56,570 nt of DNA. It comes from Celeribacter marinus. Its GTDB lineage: Bacteria; Pseudomonadota; Alphaproteobacteria; Rhodobacterales; Rhodobacteraceae. Shown here in pieces: positions 29,483-39,253 of this stretch. The position numbers were made by a program, and so were the translations under genes. Below the pieces are notes generated by a model. The model made no database searches. It worked only from the letters and a program-made list of their open reading frames with translations, and had not been told where the DNA came from. The stretch's first letter is position 1. Each line of letters starts with the position of its first letter. The stretch is from contig NZ_CBFHKW010000006.1 in NCBI RefSeq assembly GCF_965656515.1, forward strand, positions 1-56,570. The letters are read 5' to 3'.

Positions 29483-31297
29483 CTATTCGTTCCAATACCA
29501 AACATCCGGTTGCCAGCCGATCCAATCGCCGTAAATCGGCAATGTCTGAGGGTAGGTCAGCTCTTTGGCATGGGCCACGCGTGAGATATTCCACTGATAT
29601 ATCGGGATGACATAGCGGCCCGCGGTCAACACGCGGTCCAGTGCGCGGGTCGCGGCGATAAAGTCGTCTTTGCTTTGCGAGGAGAGCATCGTCTCAATCA
29701 GACCATCGACGGCCTTTGATTGAACGCCCATGACATTGCGTGATCCTTCGATCTCGGCCGCCTCTGACCCCCAGTAGGTCTTTTGCTCGTTGCCGGGCGA
29801 CAGGGATAGTCCGCGGCGAAACGTGGTCATTCCGAAATCAAAGGTGTCCGAGCGCTCCCGGTATTGGGGGCGATCGACAACAGTGATGGTGGGCGTGATG
29901 CCAATCTGGATGAGAGACTGCGTGTAAGTATCTATAATGGATTGATTTTCATCATCACCGGACTGCAATAGGATCTCAAAGGTATAGGGCGCGCCGCCTG
30001 CGTCTTTCATCACGCCATCTTGCACGGTGTAGCCTGCGTCTTTGAACAGACCCAAGGCGCGCCGTGTGGATTGACGATCATTGAGCGATCCCGAGGTGGC
30101 GGGAAACACATATCCCTCGAGTGTGTCGGGCGGCAGATCATCGGCGTAGGGTGCGAGCATCTGCGCCACGCGTCCCTCGGCAGGTCCGGACCTCATCCCC
30201 AATACCGAGTTGGAATAGTATGAAGTGATGCGCGATTGCTGTGATCCCGTTTGCACCTCGTTGATGTATTCAAAGTTGAACGCCTCGATCAGGGCCTGAC
30301 GCACGCGCCAATCTGAGAACTGGGGCAGGCGGGTGTTCATCACAAATCCGGTCATACCAGACGGGCGTTCATGCGGGATGATGGATTTGATCACATCGCC
30401 GCGCTCGACGGCGGGGAAATCGTACTGATCATCCCACGTCTGCACGTTGAATTCGCGGTGGCTATTGAGTTCTCCCGCTTTAAAGGCCTCGATCACCAGT
30501 GAGGAATCCGCGAAGAATTCCCACCGGATGGTATCGAGATTGGCCTGTCCGCGCATAAACGGCACGTCTTTGCCCCAATAGTCGGGATTGCGGGTCAATT
30601 CGACAAACGTGCCCGCATCGTAATCTGTCACCGTGTAGGGCGCTGAGCCGATGGGGATTTGATCAAAGCCCGACTGAGTGAAATCTTTGCCCTCCCACTG
30701 TGCTTTTTGCAAAATGGGGCGCATCCCGACCAAAAGCGCCAATTCGCGGTTATCGGTGTTGAATGTGAACTTGACCGAGGCGTCACCGGTTTTCTCGATA
30801 GATGCAATTTGCCCCCACAGCGAAGCGTAGCGGCCATGACCTTCGGTTCCCAGTTTCTCGTAGGACCAGATGACATCCTCGGGCGTGACGGGGCTGCCGT
30901 CAGAGAATCGGGCCTCAGGGCGCAGGGTAAATTCGGCCCATGTGCGGTCCTCATCGGTGTCGATTGTCTCGCACAACAGACAATATAGGGTGAAAGGTTC
31001 GCTATAGGCGCGGCCCATTAAGCTCTCCGCCAACATGTAACGAAGCTGCCACGGCGAGGTGCCTTTTTGCACAAACGGGTTGAGGCTATCAAAGGTGCCG
31101 CCCTCGCCAGTGATGATCTTTCCCCCCTTGGGGGCTGTCGGGTCCGCGTAGGGCAGAGACACGAAATCTTGTGGTAGGTCGGGGGTGCCATACATAGCTA
31201 TGCCATGCATCGGCTCGGCATGCACAAGGCTTGATCCCGCGATGAGCGCCAATGCGGCGCTTGTGGTGCGTAGCGCGTAGAAAATATTCGTTGCCAT
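29483..31297 (-). CDS. ABC transporter substrate-binding protein, family 5 (YejA-like)
   Basis: HGIAMYGTP, APKGG, FDSLNPF, ARFSDGSPVTPEDV, FSDWRVRQAL, SLSPGNEQ motifs; signal peptide. Confidence 0.88.
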   Translation of the reverse strand: MATNIFYALRTTSAALALIAGSSLVHAEPMHGIAMYGTPDLPQDFVSLPYADPTAPKGGKIITGEGGTFDSLNPFVQKGTSPWQLRYMLAESLMGRAYSEPFTLYCLLCETIDTDEDRTWAEFTLRPEARFSDGSPVTPEDVIWSYEKLGTEGHGRYASLWGQIASIEKTGDASVKFTFNTDNRELALLVGMRPILQKAQWEGKDFTQSGFDQIPIGSAPYTVTDYDAGTFVELTRNPDYWGKDVPFMRGQANLDTIRWEFFADSSLVIEAFKAGELNSHREFNVQTWDDQYDFPAVERGDVIKSIIPHERPSGMTGFVMNTRLPQFSDWRVRQALIEAFNFEYINEVQTGSQQSRITSYYSNSVLGMRSGPAEGRVAQMLAPYADDLPPDTLEGYVFPATSGSLNDRQSTRRALGLFKDAGYTVQDGVMKDAGGAPYTFEILLQSGDDENQSIIDTYTQSLIQIGITPTITVVDRPQYRERSDTFDFGMTTFRRGLSLSPGNEQKTYWGSEAAEIEGSRNVMGVQSKAVDGLIETMLSSQSKDDFIAATRALDRVLTAGRYVIPIYQWNISRVAHAKELTYPQTLPIYGDWIGWQPDVWYWNE

Positions 31298-31410
31298 ATC
31301 GAGAACAAAGCCTCCGTCCCGTTTGTTATGTGAGGGTTAGCCTAAGCGGGTGGATCAGTGAATTCAAACTTTTAGCTTGGAGTGGCCCGTTGAAAGGCGT
31401 ATAAAGACAT

Positions 31411-31487
31411 CACTGCTCGATAGGTTTCTTGCCTGTATGAAACCTGCCTCAATAACTTTGCGCCGGCCTTGTGCCGGCGTTTTTTTT
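31411..31487 (+). ncRNA. Putative trans-encoded small RNA (~75 nt)
   Basis: Hairpin AGGTTTC-N10-GAAACCT (31422-31445), single-stranded linker, terminator CGCCGGC-CTTGT-GCCGGCG plus T-run; upstream TTG-N18-CGTATA resembles an RpoH-type promoter. Confidence 0.6.
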
Positions 31488-31689
31488 GGCAAAATTTCCA
31501 AAACTGACCTTAGGTCGCCCCCAACTATGCTTGGACTTAGGGCGTGCAGTGGCCCCACCTAAAGCACACTCCAGATATGCCAAAGTTTCGCGCGGTTCGG
31601 GGCGATTTTGAACCGTGGCACCGATTCTCTCTTTGCATTGCGCGTCAGGACAGTAAAGTGCGCCGAAAGGGCATCGAATGGAGATCAAC

Positions 31690-32463
31690 ATGGACCTAAA
31701 AGGTAAAACCGCGCTCGTGACGGGATCCAATTCGGGGATTGGCCTTGGTGTGGCGCGCGAATTGGCGAAAGCGGGCATCAACGTTGTACTCAACTCGTTC
31801 ACCGACAGCCAAGAGGACCATGCACTGGCGCAAAGCATCGCCACCGAGTTTGGCGTTGAGGCGCGCTATATCAGCGCTGATATGTCCAAGGCCGATGAGT
31901 GCCGCGACCTGATCACGCGGGCGGGTGTGTGCGATATTTTGGTGAATAATGCAGGCATTCAATATGTTGCGGGGATTGACGAGTTTCCCGTTGATAAGTG
32001 GGACGCAATTATTGCGATCAACATGTCCTCGGCGTTTCACACCACCGCCGCCGCCCTACCGATGATGCGCAAAGCGGGATGGGGACGGGTGATCAATATC
32101 GCCTCGGCGCATGGCCTGACGGCCTCGCCTTACAAATCGGCCTATGTCGCGGCCAAACACGGGGTTGTCGGCCTGACCAAAGTGACCGCGCTCGAAACCG
32201 CGCGTGAGGCGATCACCGCCAATGCGATTTGTCCAGGCTATGTGCTGACCCCGCTTGTCGAGGCTCAGATCCCCGATACGATGAAAAAGTATAACATGGA
32301 CCGTGAAACAGTGATCCGCGAGGTCTTGTTAGAGCGTCAGCCATCAAAAGAATTTGCGACCGTCGAGCAGTTGGGGGGGACGTGTTTGTTTCTTGCCTCG
32401 GATGCGGCCGCGCAAATCACAGGAACGACACTTTCCGTCGACGGCGGATGGACGGCTTTATAA
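31690..32463 (+). CDS. bdhA: D-3-hydroxybutyrate dehydrogenase (SDR)
   Basis: TGSNSGIG, NNAGIQY, IASAHGL, SAYVAAKHG, ICPGYVLTPLV motifs. Confidence 0.9.
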   Translation: MDLKGKTALVTGSNSGIGLGVARELAKAGINVVLNSFTDSQEDHALAQSIATEFGVEARYISADMSKADECRDLITRAGVCDILVNNAGIQYVAGIDEFPVDKWDAIIAINMSSAFHTTAAALPMMRKAGWGRVINIASAHGLTASPYKSAYVAAKHGVVGLTKVTALETAREAITANAICPGYVLTPLVEAQIPDTMKKYNMDRETVIREVLLERQPSKEFATVEQLGGTCLFLASDAAAQITGTTLSVDGGWTAL

Positions 32464-32472
32464 CACTGGTAA

Positions 32473-32805
32473 ATGGTAAGGATCACTCTCATGCACTCGA
32501 ATGACCCACTCATCTTCGAAAATACGGGACTGGCTGGATCAAAGATCTCGCGATGTAATTTATCCCATACGGTTGTAACGGGATGTAATTTTCAAGGGAC
32601 GATGATCGAAGATTGCAATATGGAGCGCCTGTCGCTGCATAACGCCAATCTATCGCGCAGTCGCATCGACAACGTTAACTATTCAAATGCGACATTGACC
32701 AACTGCAATCTCAAAGGATTTGCCATCCTCAATTGCGGCCTTGAGGGCATGACCATCGACGGGATTGCCGTGACTGACCTGTTGAAGAAATGGCACGAGG
32801 GTTGA
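32473..32805 (+). CDS. Pentapeptide-repeat protein
   Basis: Periodic units (CNLSH, CNFQG, CNMER, ANLSR, VNYSN, CNLKG, CGLEG) and C-terminal MTIDGIAVTDLL; start 32473 or 32491. Confidence 0.75.
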   Translation: MVRITLMHSNDPLIFENTGLAGSKISRCNLSHTVVTGCNFQGTMIEDCNMERLSLHNANLSRSRIDNVNYSNATLTNCNLKGFAILNCGLEGMTIDGIAVTDLLKKWHEG

Positions 32806-32842
32806 TCTGATAATCTCGTCCGCAAGGCACGATGATCGCCCT

Positions 32843-32873
32843 AAAAAAGAGGCGCCCATAAGGGCGCCTCTTT
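32843..32873. terminator. Bidirectional intrinsic terminator
   Basis: AAAGAGGCGCCC-ATAA-GGGCGCCTCTTT between convergent genes. Confidence 0.8.
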
Positions 32874-32892
32874 CTCGTGTGCTTGGGAGGTC

Positions 32893-33840
32893 TTAGTTGG
32901 ACAGCGTAAAGGGCGCTGTGTAGTTGGCCACATTGTCTGATGTGATCAACAGGCAGTCGAACAACTGCTTTTCGGTTGCGACCATAGCTTCGCCGTTTTT
33001 GATGTAGTGATCGGCTTGAATAACCGCTTCGCGGGCGAAGACGGCAACAGGCTGAAGCACGGTATAGGCCATTTCTCCGGCGGCAACGGATGCAACCGCA
33101 TCTGGTGAGCCGTCAAATCCGCCAACGACAACACCGTCGAGGCGACCCGCTTCTTTGAGTGCCGCAATCGCGCCAAGCGCCATTTCGTCGTTCCCTGAAA
33201 TCACGGCATCAATTACAGGGTTTGCCTGAATAATTGATTGCATCTTGGTGTAGCCCTGTGTGCGGTCCCAGTTTGCGACTTCTTCAGCGACTTTGACGAG
33301 GTCGGGGTACTGGCTGAGCACGGTGTTGTAGCCGTTGGAGCGTGTCGCGGCGTTGTTGTCGGACGGGTTGCCAAAAAACTCGACATAGCTTGCGGCGTCA
33401 CCGACGACCTCTTGCCAAGCGATTGCACCAAGGGCTGCGCCCTGTGCGTTGTTCGAGACCAACTGACCGATGGCCAAGCCGCTTTCGTTGATTTCCGCGT
33501 TCACGAGAAACACGGGAATGCCCGCTTCGGTTGCTTTGCGCACAACGCCCACGGAGCCGTCAGCGTTTGCAGGATCAAGAATGATCGCAGCCGCACCGTT
33601 GGTGATTGCCGCGTCAATGAGGTTCGACTCGAGGTTGGTGTCGCCAGTGTGAGCGGACACGGTGGCCTCGTAACCGAGCTCTTCGGCGGTTGCCTTGGCC
33701 ACTTCGCCTTCGGTGAACCAATAGGGGTTCGCAGGGTCGTTGACGATAATGGAGATCAATCCATCGGCCCAAGCGGAGCCTGCCATCAGGGGCAGGGCTG
33801 TCGCTGCGGCGAGCAAAGTGCGTGTTGTAAACTTAATCAT
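32893..33840 (-). CDS. Sugar/polyol ABC transporter substrate-binding protein (probably erythritol, EryG-like)
   Basis: RbsB-like motifs NPYW, ANWDR, NDEMALGA, GFDG; signal peptide; linked to eryABCD. Confidence 0.85.
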   Translation of the reverse strand: MIKFTTRTLLAAATALPLMAGSAWADGLISIIVNDPANPYWFTEGEVAKATAEELGYEATVSAHTGDTNLESNLIDAAITNGAAAIILDPANADGSVGVVRKATEAGIPVFLVNAEINESGLAIGQLVSNNAQGAALGAIAWQEVVGDAASYVEFFGNPSDNNAATRSNGYNTVLSQYPDLVKVAEEVANWDRTQGYTKMQSIIQANPVIDAVISGNDEMALGAIAALKEAGRLDGVVVGGFDGSPDAVASVAAGEMAYTVLQPVAVFAREAVIQADHYIKNGEAMVATEKQLFDCLLITSDNVANYTAPFTLSN

Positions 33841-33938
33841 GTTGGTCTCTCCCTTTGGTGTCTAAATGCCGAAAGATCGGCGGGTTTCGTAGCGCTCCGT
33901 CCCATCGCAAGCGCGTACAAACTGTGGTGAGGGCGGCG

Positions 33939-34985
33939 CTAGGATGTGCGGCCTTTGCCCCCGTAATTGATGGAGTTAAGCAAGACGGCGAGCACGATCA
34001 CCGCGCCTGTAAAGACGGTCTGCCAGTAGGACGACACACCCGTGATCACGAGGCCCGCGCCCAGAAAGACGATCACGAACCCGCCCAAAAGCGTGCCGCG
34101 CACGGTGCCACGCCCGCCCGTCAACGCGGCCCCGCCGATCACCACGGCGGCGATTGCGGTCAGCTCATAGGTCGTGCCTGCAGTCGGACCTGCGGATGTC
34201 AGTTGCGAGCTGAGGACAAGCCCCGCAATTGCTGCACAGACCCCAGACAAGACATAGACCCAGATCAGAACTTTGGAGACGGGCACCCCCGATAGGCGCG
34301 CCGCATTGGGGTTGCCGCCTGCCGAATAGAGCCAGCGTCCAAACGGGGTGCGCGACAGCAACAGATACACCGTGATGGCCACAAGGCTAAGTGCAAAGAT
34401 GCTAATCGGCACGCCCCAAAGGCGGTTGAACCCAAGCCATTCAAAGCCAGTATTCCCCAATTCGGCACGCCCCGACAGGTTGTTAAACGTCAAACCATTG
34501 GTCATCAGCAACGCCGCACCGCGTGCCACATAGAGCGTACCCAGTGTGGCCACGAACGCCGGAACCTTGAACCATGCGACCAAGATGCCGTTGATCACTC
34601 CGACAAAGGCCCCCATGGCAAGGGTACACACCACCACGGCCCAAACGGGCAGATAGATGATAATTCCAAGGGACTCCAATTCGACGCCCTGCATCAAAAA
34701 TCCCGCAAACACACCGCAAAGCGCCAATGTTGATCCAACCGACAAATCAATTCCGCCACTTAGAATGACAAGCAGCATACCGATCGCCAACAGGCCGAAA
34801 ATGGCCACTTGTGACGTCATGATCAGAAAGTTTGGCAGGCTGAAGTAGTTGGGCGACAGCATTGAAAAGATAACGATAATTGCGATCAGCGCAAAGAACG
34901 CACGTCCCTCCAACAACAGGTAGCCAATGTCGAGGCGCCGCTTTGTGGGCGTGGATTGTGCCGCTTTTGAGGTCGTGTCCGACAT
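33939..34985 (-). CDS. Sugar ABC transporter permease (EryF-like)
   Basis: GGIDLSVG, GGNPNAARLSG, YELTAIAAVVIGG motifs. Confidence 0.9.
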   Translation of the reverse strand: MSDTTSKAAQSTPTKRRLDIGYLLLEGRAFFALIAIIVIFSMLSPNYFSLPNFLIMTSQVAIFGLLAIGMLLVILSGGIDLSVGSTLALCGVFAGFLMQGVELESLGIIIYLPVWAVVVCTLAMGAFVGVINGILVAWFKVPAFVATLGTLYVARGAALLMTNGLTFNNLSGRAELGNTGFEWLGFNRLWGVPISIFALSLVAITVYLLLSRTPFGRWLYSAGGNPNAARLSGVPVSKVLIWVYVLSGVCAAIAGLVLSSQLTSAGPTAGTTYELTAIAAVVIGGAALTGGRGTVRGTLLGGFVIVFLGAGLVITGVSSYWQTVFTGAVIVLAVLLNSINYGGKGRTS

Positions 34986-35008
34986 GGTGCAAGCTCCTTG
35001 AGAGTCGA

Positions 35009-36565
35009 TCAAGCAACCACAGCTTCGCCCGAGGCGGCCATGATCTCTTCTTTGGTGACGTTTTGGGTGAATTCGGCGGAGATGCGCCCACGGCTCATGA
35101 CGATGATCCTATGGGCAATCGAGAGGCATTCGCCGACCTCGGATGTGGTGTATACAACGGCAATCCCTTGGCGGGCGCGCTCGGCCAATAGGCCAAACAC
35201 TTCGGCTTTGGCACCGATATCGATGCCGCGGCTGGGTTCGTCCAAAAGGATTACACTGGGCGATGTGGCCAACATTTTGCCGATCACAACCTTTTGCTGA
35301 TTGCCGCCCGACAAAGACCCGATCATTGCGTCCGGCCCATCGGTTTTGACGGTCACATCGCGAATGGTGTCGGCGATAATCACGTCCTCGGCGCTGCGCG
35401 AGGTGAACAAGCGTTTGGTAAAGGCGCGGATAGAGGCCAGCGACAGGTTCGTGCCGACACTCATGGTTTGCACCAATCCATCGCGCTGACGGTCTTCGGG
35501 CACCAAGACAAGGCCCGCGTCAATCCGCTGTGCAATCGTCAGTCGCGAGACATCTTGGCTATGGAGCAACACGTGGCCGTGCGCTGCACTCATGCGACCG
35601 GCGGCACATTCCATTAGTTCGGTGCGCCCTGCGCCCATCAAGCCGTAAATACACACCACTTCGCCGGCGTTCACGGTGAGGTTGAGCCGATCAACGGCAA
35701 GACCGGTGCCCGATGCGTCTGTCACGCTGAGGTCTTTGATCTCAAGGGCGGGTGCGCCAAACGCATAGCCCGAGGGTGGTGCGCCGAGGTCAAAGTTCTC
35801 GCCAACCATATTGCGCACAATCCATTCCAGATCGATCTCGCTGCGCGGTGCATAGGCCGTCATGGCCCCATCACGCAGCACAACGGCGTGGTTGGTCACT
35901 TGCAATGCTTCTTCGAGGTGGTGCGAAATATAGACGATCGAGACGCCGCGCGCCGTCAGATCGCGAATAACTTTGAACAGAACTTCGACTTCGCTGGCGG
36001 AGAGCGCCGATGTCGGCTCGTCCATAATCAAAATGCGCGAATTGACCGACAGGGCGCGCGCGATTTCAACGATCTGTTGCTGTCCAAGGCGCAAATCTTC
36101 GACGAGGGTGAGCGGATCGATATCTTCTTCGAGCTCTTGCATGAGGTTGCGGGCTTGGCGTTCTTCCTCGGCAAAATTGACGCCCGTTGGACCCGTGATT
36201 TCGCGCCCCAAAAAGATGTTGTCGCGCACGTTCATGTTGGGCGCGAGGCTCAGCTCTTGATGGATGATCGAAATGCCGAGGTTGAGCGCATCCGTGGTCG
36301 ACGACAGTGTCACAGGCACCCCGTCCACCAAAATCTCGCCCGAGGTGGGCAATTGCACGCCCGACAGGATTTTCATCAACGTCGATTTGCCTGCGCCGTT
36401 TTCGCCAAACAACGTGGTGACTTGTCCGCGATGAATGTCGAAATTGACGCCTTTAAGCGCGTGCACCGCGCCGAAGGATTTGGCGATGTTGCGCGCGGCC
36501 AATACGACTTCGGCCGTGTCGGGCGTGGCCGTTGGGACGTCGATATGTGACACATCGGGGATCAT
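35009..36565 (-). CDS. Sugar ABC transporter ATP-binding protein (EryE-like)
   Basis: GENGAGKST, MDEPT, LSGGNQQK, LDEPSRGID; two nucleotide-binding domains. Confidence 0.92.
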   Translation of the reverse strand: MIPDVSHIDVPTATPDTAEVVLAARNIAKSFGAVHALKGVNFDIHRGQVTTLFGENGAGKSTLMKILSGVQLPTSGEILVDGVPVTLSSTTDALNLGISIIHQELSLAPNMNVRDNIFLGREITGPTGVNFAEEERQARNLMQELEEDIDPLTLVEDLRLGQQQIVEIARALSVNSRILIMDEPTSALSASEVEVLFKVIRDLTARGVSIVYISHHLEEALQVTNHAVVLRDGAMTAYAPRSEIDLEWIVRNMVGENFDLGAPPSGYAFGAPALEIKDLSVTDASGTGLAVDRLNLTVNAGEVVCIYGLMGAGRTELMECAAGRMSAAHGHVLLHSQDVSRLTIAQRIDAGLVLVPEDRQRDGLVQTMSVGTNLSLASIRAFTKRLFTSRSAEDVIIADTIRDVTVKTDGPDAMIGSLSGGNQQKVVIGKMLATSPSVILLDEPSRGIDIGAKAEVFGLLAERARQGIAVVYTTSEVGECLSIAHRIIVMSRGRISAEFTQNVTKEEIMAASGEAVVA

Positions 36566-37233
36566 TGGACATCAAACTCCACCGGCGTGATCAGCCAGTT
36601 TTTCGGGTTGATGAGCTTAAAGACGCCCGTGACAGTGAGTGTGCGTCCGGTCAGAGCATCGCGATCAACATCTGACAAAATGGCCTCGGACATCGCGCGA
36701 TTGATGCCTGCTCCGGCGTCCTGGTATTCGATTTGATTGGTGAAGGCCCCAAAGGCGATATCACCCGTGGCATCCCGTAAATCCGTACCATTAATGGCGG
36801 GGCCCGTTTGGACGCGGATGCGGATGGTGTCGGGAACGCCCGCCACAGTGACGTCATAGATGCCCGAGCGACCGTTTGCGACCACACCTGTCAAGCGGAC
36901 AGGGATCACGGGGCCGATCCCGTCACCCACACCGTATGCGGCAATGGCTGCGGCTTTGTCGGCGGTCAGTTCTGTGGCGAGCTTTGCGGCATCTATGGCG
37001 CGTTCGGTGACAGATGACTGGATAGCGGGGAACTGTGCCGCGCCATATGCGTCAGGCGAAAACGCCTGTTTGCGTGCATCAAGGTCAGAGCCGATCTGAA
37101 CAACAGTTGTATCAAGGGCCATCGCGCCCATCACGACCACAACAGCTGCAGCTATCATCAGCGGTGTTCTGGATGTCGCCTTTTGGCGGGGCGTGGTGTC
37201 GGTGATGGCCATTGCGCTATGCTTTCTGGTCAT
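36562..37233 (-). CDS. DUF2291-family membrane-anchored periplasmic protein
   Basis: N-terminal hydrophobic anchor, RVQTGPAINGTDLRDA and FTNQIEYQ motifs; alternative start 37212. Confidence 0.8.
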   Translation of the reverse strand: MTRKHSAMAITDTTPRQKATSRTPLMIAAAVVVVMGAMALDTTVVQIGSDLDARKQAFSPDAYGAAQFPAIQSSVTERAIDAAKLATELTADKAAAIAAYGVGDGIGPVIPVRLTGVVANGRSGIYDVTVAGVPDTIRIRVQTGPAINGTDLRDATGDIAFGAFTNQIEYQDAGAGINRAMSEAILSDVDRDALTGRTLTVTGVFKLINPKNWLITPVEFDVQ

Positions 37234-37626
37234 TGGCCGCGAGCGGCCGTTGCACGTGGAGATGCGCGCAAAGGCGGCATCCGTTTATCGATGTTGTGAA
37301 GATAACCCGACCGTCCTCCAACGGTTGAATTGTCCTCCTCCCTGGGTCCGACACGCAGGGCCGCAGTGAAGCGTAATCTGTGTGTCGGTGAATCAGAGCC
37401 TAAGTGAAATAATTTACGTTGTCTGCAAAAAAATTCACACAATAGAAAAATGATGTGCTAAACCTATCGAGCGAAAGGATAGATTTGCGCGGAACGCGGC
37501 GCGGTTTGTCGAGGGCGCAAAGGCGACGCATAAACGACGTGGGCGACCACAATAGAATACAGGGTGCAGGCGGCGAGCGGTATGATGTCGCCGGTGCAGG
37601 CCAGACGAACAAGGGCGGAGGCATGA

Positions 37627-39252
37627 ATGGCACAGTGTGACATCATCATTGGAATTGACGCGGGCACATCGGTCATCAAGGCTGTCGCGCTCGATCTGAG
37701 CGGTCGACAAATCGCTACATCCGCCGCACTCAATACCTACCGCACAGGCGCAGACGGATCAGCGGTGCAATCGTTGCCCCAAACATGGGCCGACTGTGTA
37801 AAGGCGATCAGGGGTCTATTTGACCGCGTTGACAATCTTGCGGCGCGCACTGCGGCGATTGCCGTGACGGGGCAGGGCGATGGCACGTGGCTTGTCGGGG
37901 CGCAAAATGCCCCCGTTACCGATGCGTGGTTGTGGCTTGATGCGCGCGCGGCGCCAACGGCGCGGGCCTTGTCGCAGGGGGCGGGTGAGCGCGCGCGCTT
38001 CGAGGCCACGGGAACAGGCCTGAACACGAGTCAGCAATCGACGCAAATGGCGCATATGGATCGTCATATGCCCGAGCTGTTGGATCGCGCCGAGGTGGCC
38101 TTGCACTGTAAGGACTGGCTGTTTGCCAATCTCACGGGGGTGCGCGCCACCGATCCGTCCGAGGCCAGCTTTACCTTCGGCAACTTTCGCACACGCGACT
38201 ATGATGACACTGTTCTGAATGCGCTCGGCCTGAGCCACCGCAAATCATTGTTGCCACCCATTGTTGATGGCAGTCAGACGGTGTTTGCATTGACGCCCGA
38301 TGCCGCACAGGCCACGGGCCTTTTGGCGGGGACACCAGTGTCTCTGGGCTATGTCGATATGGTGATGACTGCACTGGGTGCGGGTGTTCACACGGGCCAC
38401 GCGGGGTCTGCGTGTTCCACCATAGGATCAACGGGTGTGCATATGCGCTCTGTGTTGTCGTCTGATGTCCACCTCAATGGTGAGGGAACGGGCTACGTGA
38501 TTTGCTTGCCGGTTGCGAATTATGTCACCCAAGTGCAAACCAACATGGCCGCGACGCTCAATATCGATTGGGCGCTGCGCATGGCCGCAGATATGATGAC
38601 CGACCTTGGCTATGAGCACTCCTATTCAGATCTTGTGCCGCGCATCGACGATTGGTTGACGCGCTCTGATCCCGGCACGCTGCTGTATCACCCGTATATT
38701 TCCGAGGCGGGGGAACGCGGTCCGTTCGTGAACGCCAATGCGCGGGCAAGCTTCGTTGGACTAAACGCCAATCACCGGTTTGCAGACCTGCTGCGCGGTG
38801 TGGTCGAGGGATTGGCACTGGCGGCGCGCGATTGTTATGGCGCTATGGGCGACATGCCGTCCGAAGTGCGCCTGACGGGTGGGGCGGCGCGATCGGATGG
38901 ATTGCGCGCAATCCTGTCGGGATGTCTCAACACACCCGTGCGCGTGTCTGCCCGTGATGAGGCGGGTGCCGCCGGATGTGCGATGATGGCGGCCGTTGCG
39001 ATCGGCGCTTATGAGACCATGGATGAGTGTATTGCGACATGGGTCACACCCTTGCTCGCACAGACGGAACGCCCCGATCCAGCGCTGGTAGCCACCTATG
39101 ATGGCCTCTATGCGGCCTACGCCAGAACACGTAGCGCACTGACCCCGATTTGGGACGATCTTGCGGCGCACCAAGCGGCCATGACTGTTCCCCCCGAAGA
39201 TCACCATACCGAAATGACAACAGACGCACGTCCTGCGTCACGAGGAGCGTAA
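37627..39252 (+). CDS. eryA: Erythritol kinase (FGGY family)
   Basis: IIIGIDAGTSVIKAV, TGQGDG, WLDAR, GERGPF, LTGGAARS; first gene of an eryABCD-like run. Confidence 0.88.
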   Translation: MAQCDIIIGIDAGTSVIKAVALDLSGRQIATSAALNTYRTGADGSAVQSLPQTWADCVKAIRGLFDRVDNLAARTAAIAVTGQGDGTWLVGAQNAPVTDAWLWLDARAAPTARALSQGAGERARFEATGTGLNTSQQSTQMAHMDRHMPELLDRAEVALHCKDWLFANLTGVRATDPSEASFTFGNFRTRDYDDTVLNALGLSHRKSLLPPIVDGSQTVFALTPDAAQATGLLAGTPVSLGYVDMVMTALGAGVHTGHAGSACSTIGSTGVHMRSVLSSDVHLNGEGTGYVICLPVANYVTQVQTNMAATLNIDWALRMAADMMTDLGYEHSYSDLVPRIDDWLTRSDPGTLLYHPYISEAGERGPFVNANARASFVGLNANHRFADLLRGVVEGLALAARDCYGAMGDMPSEVRLTGGAARSDGLRAILSGCLNTPVRVSARDEAGAAGCAMMAAVAIGAYETMDECIATWVTPLLAQTERPDPALVATYDGLYAAYARTRSALTPIWDDLAAHQAAMTVPPEDHHTEMTTDARPASRGA

Positions 39253-39253
39253 C

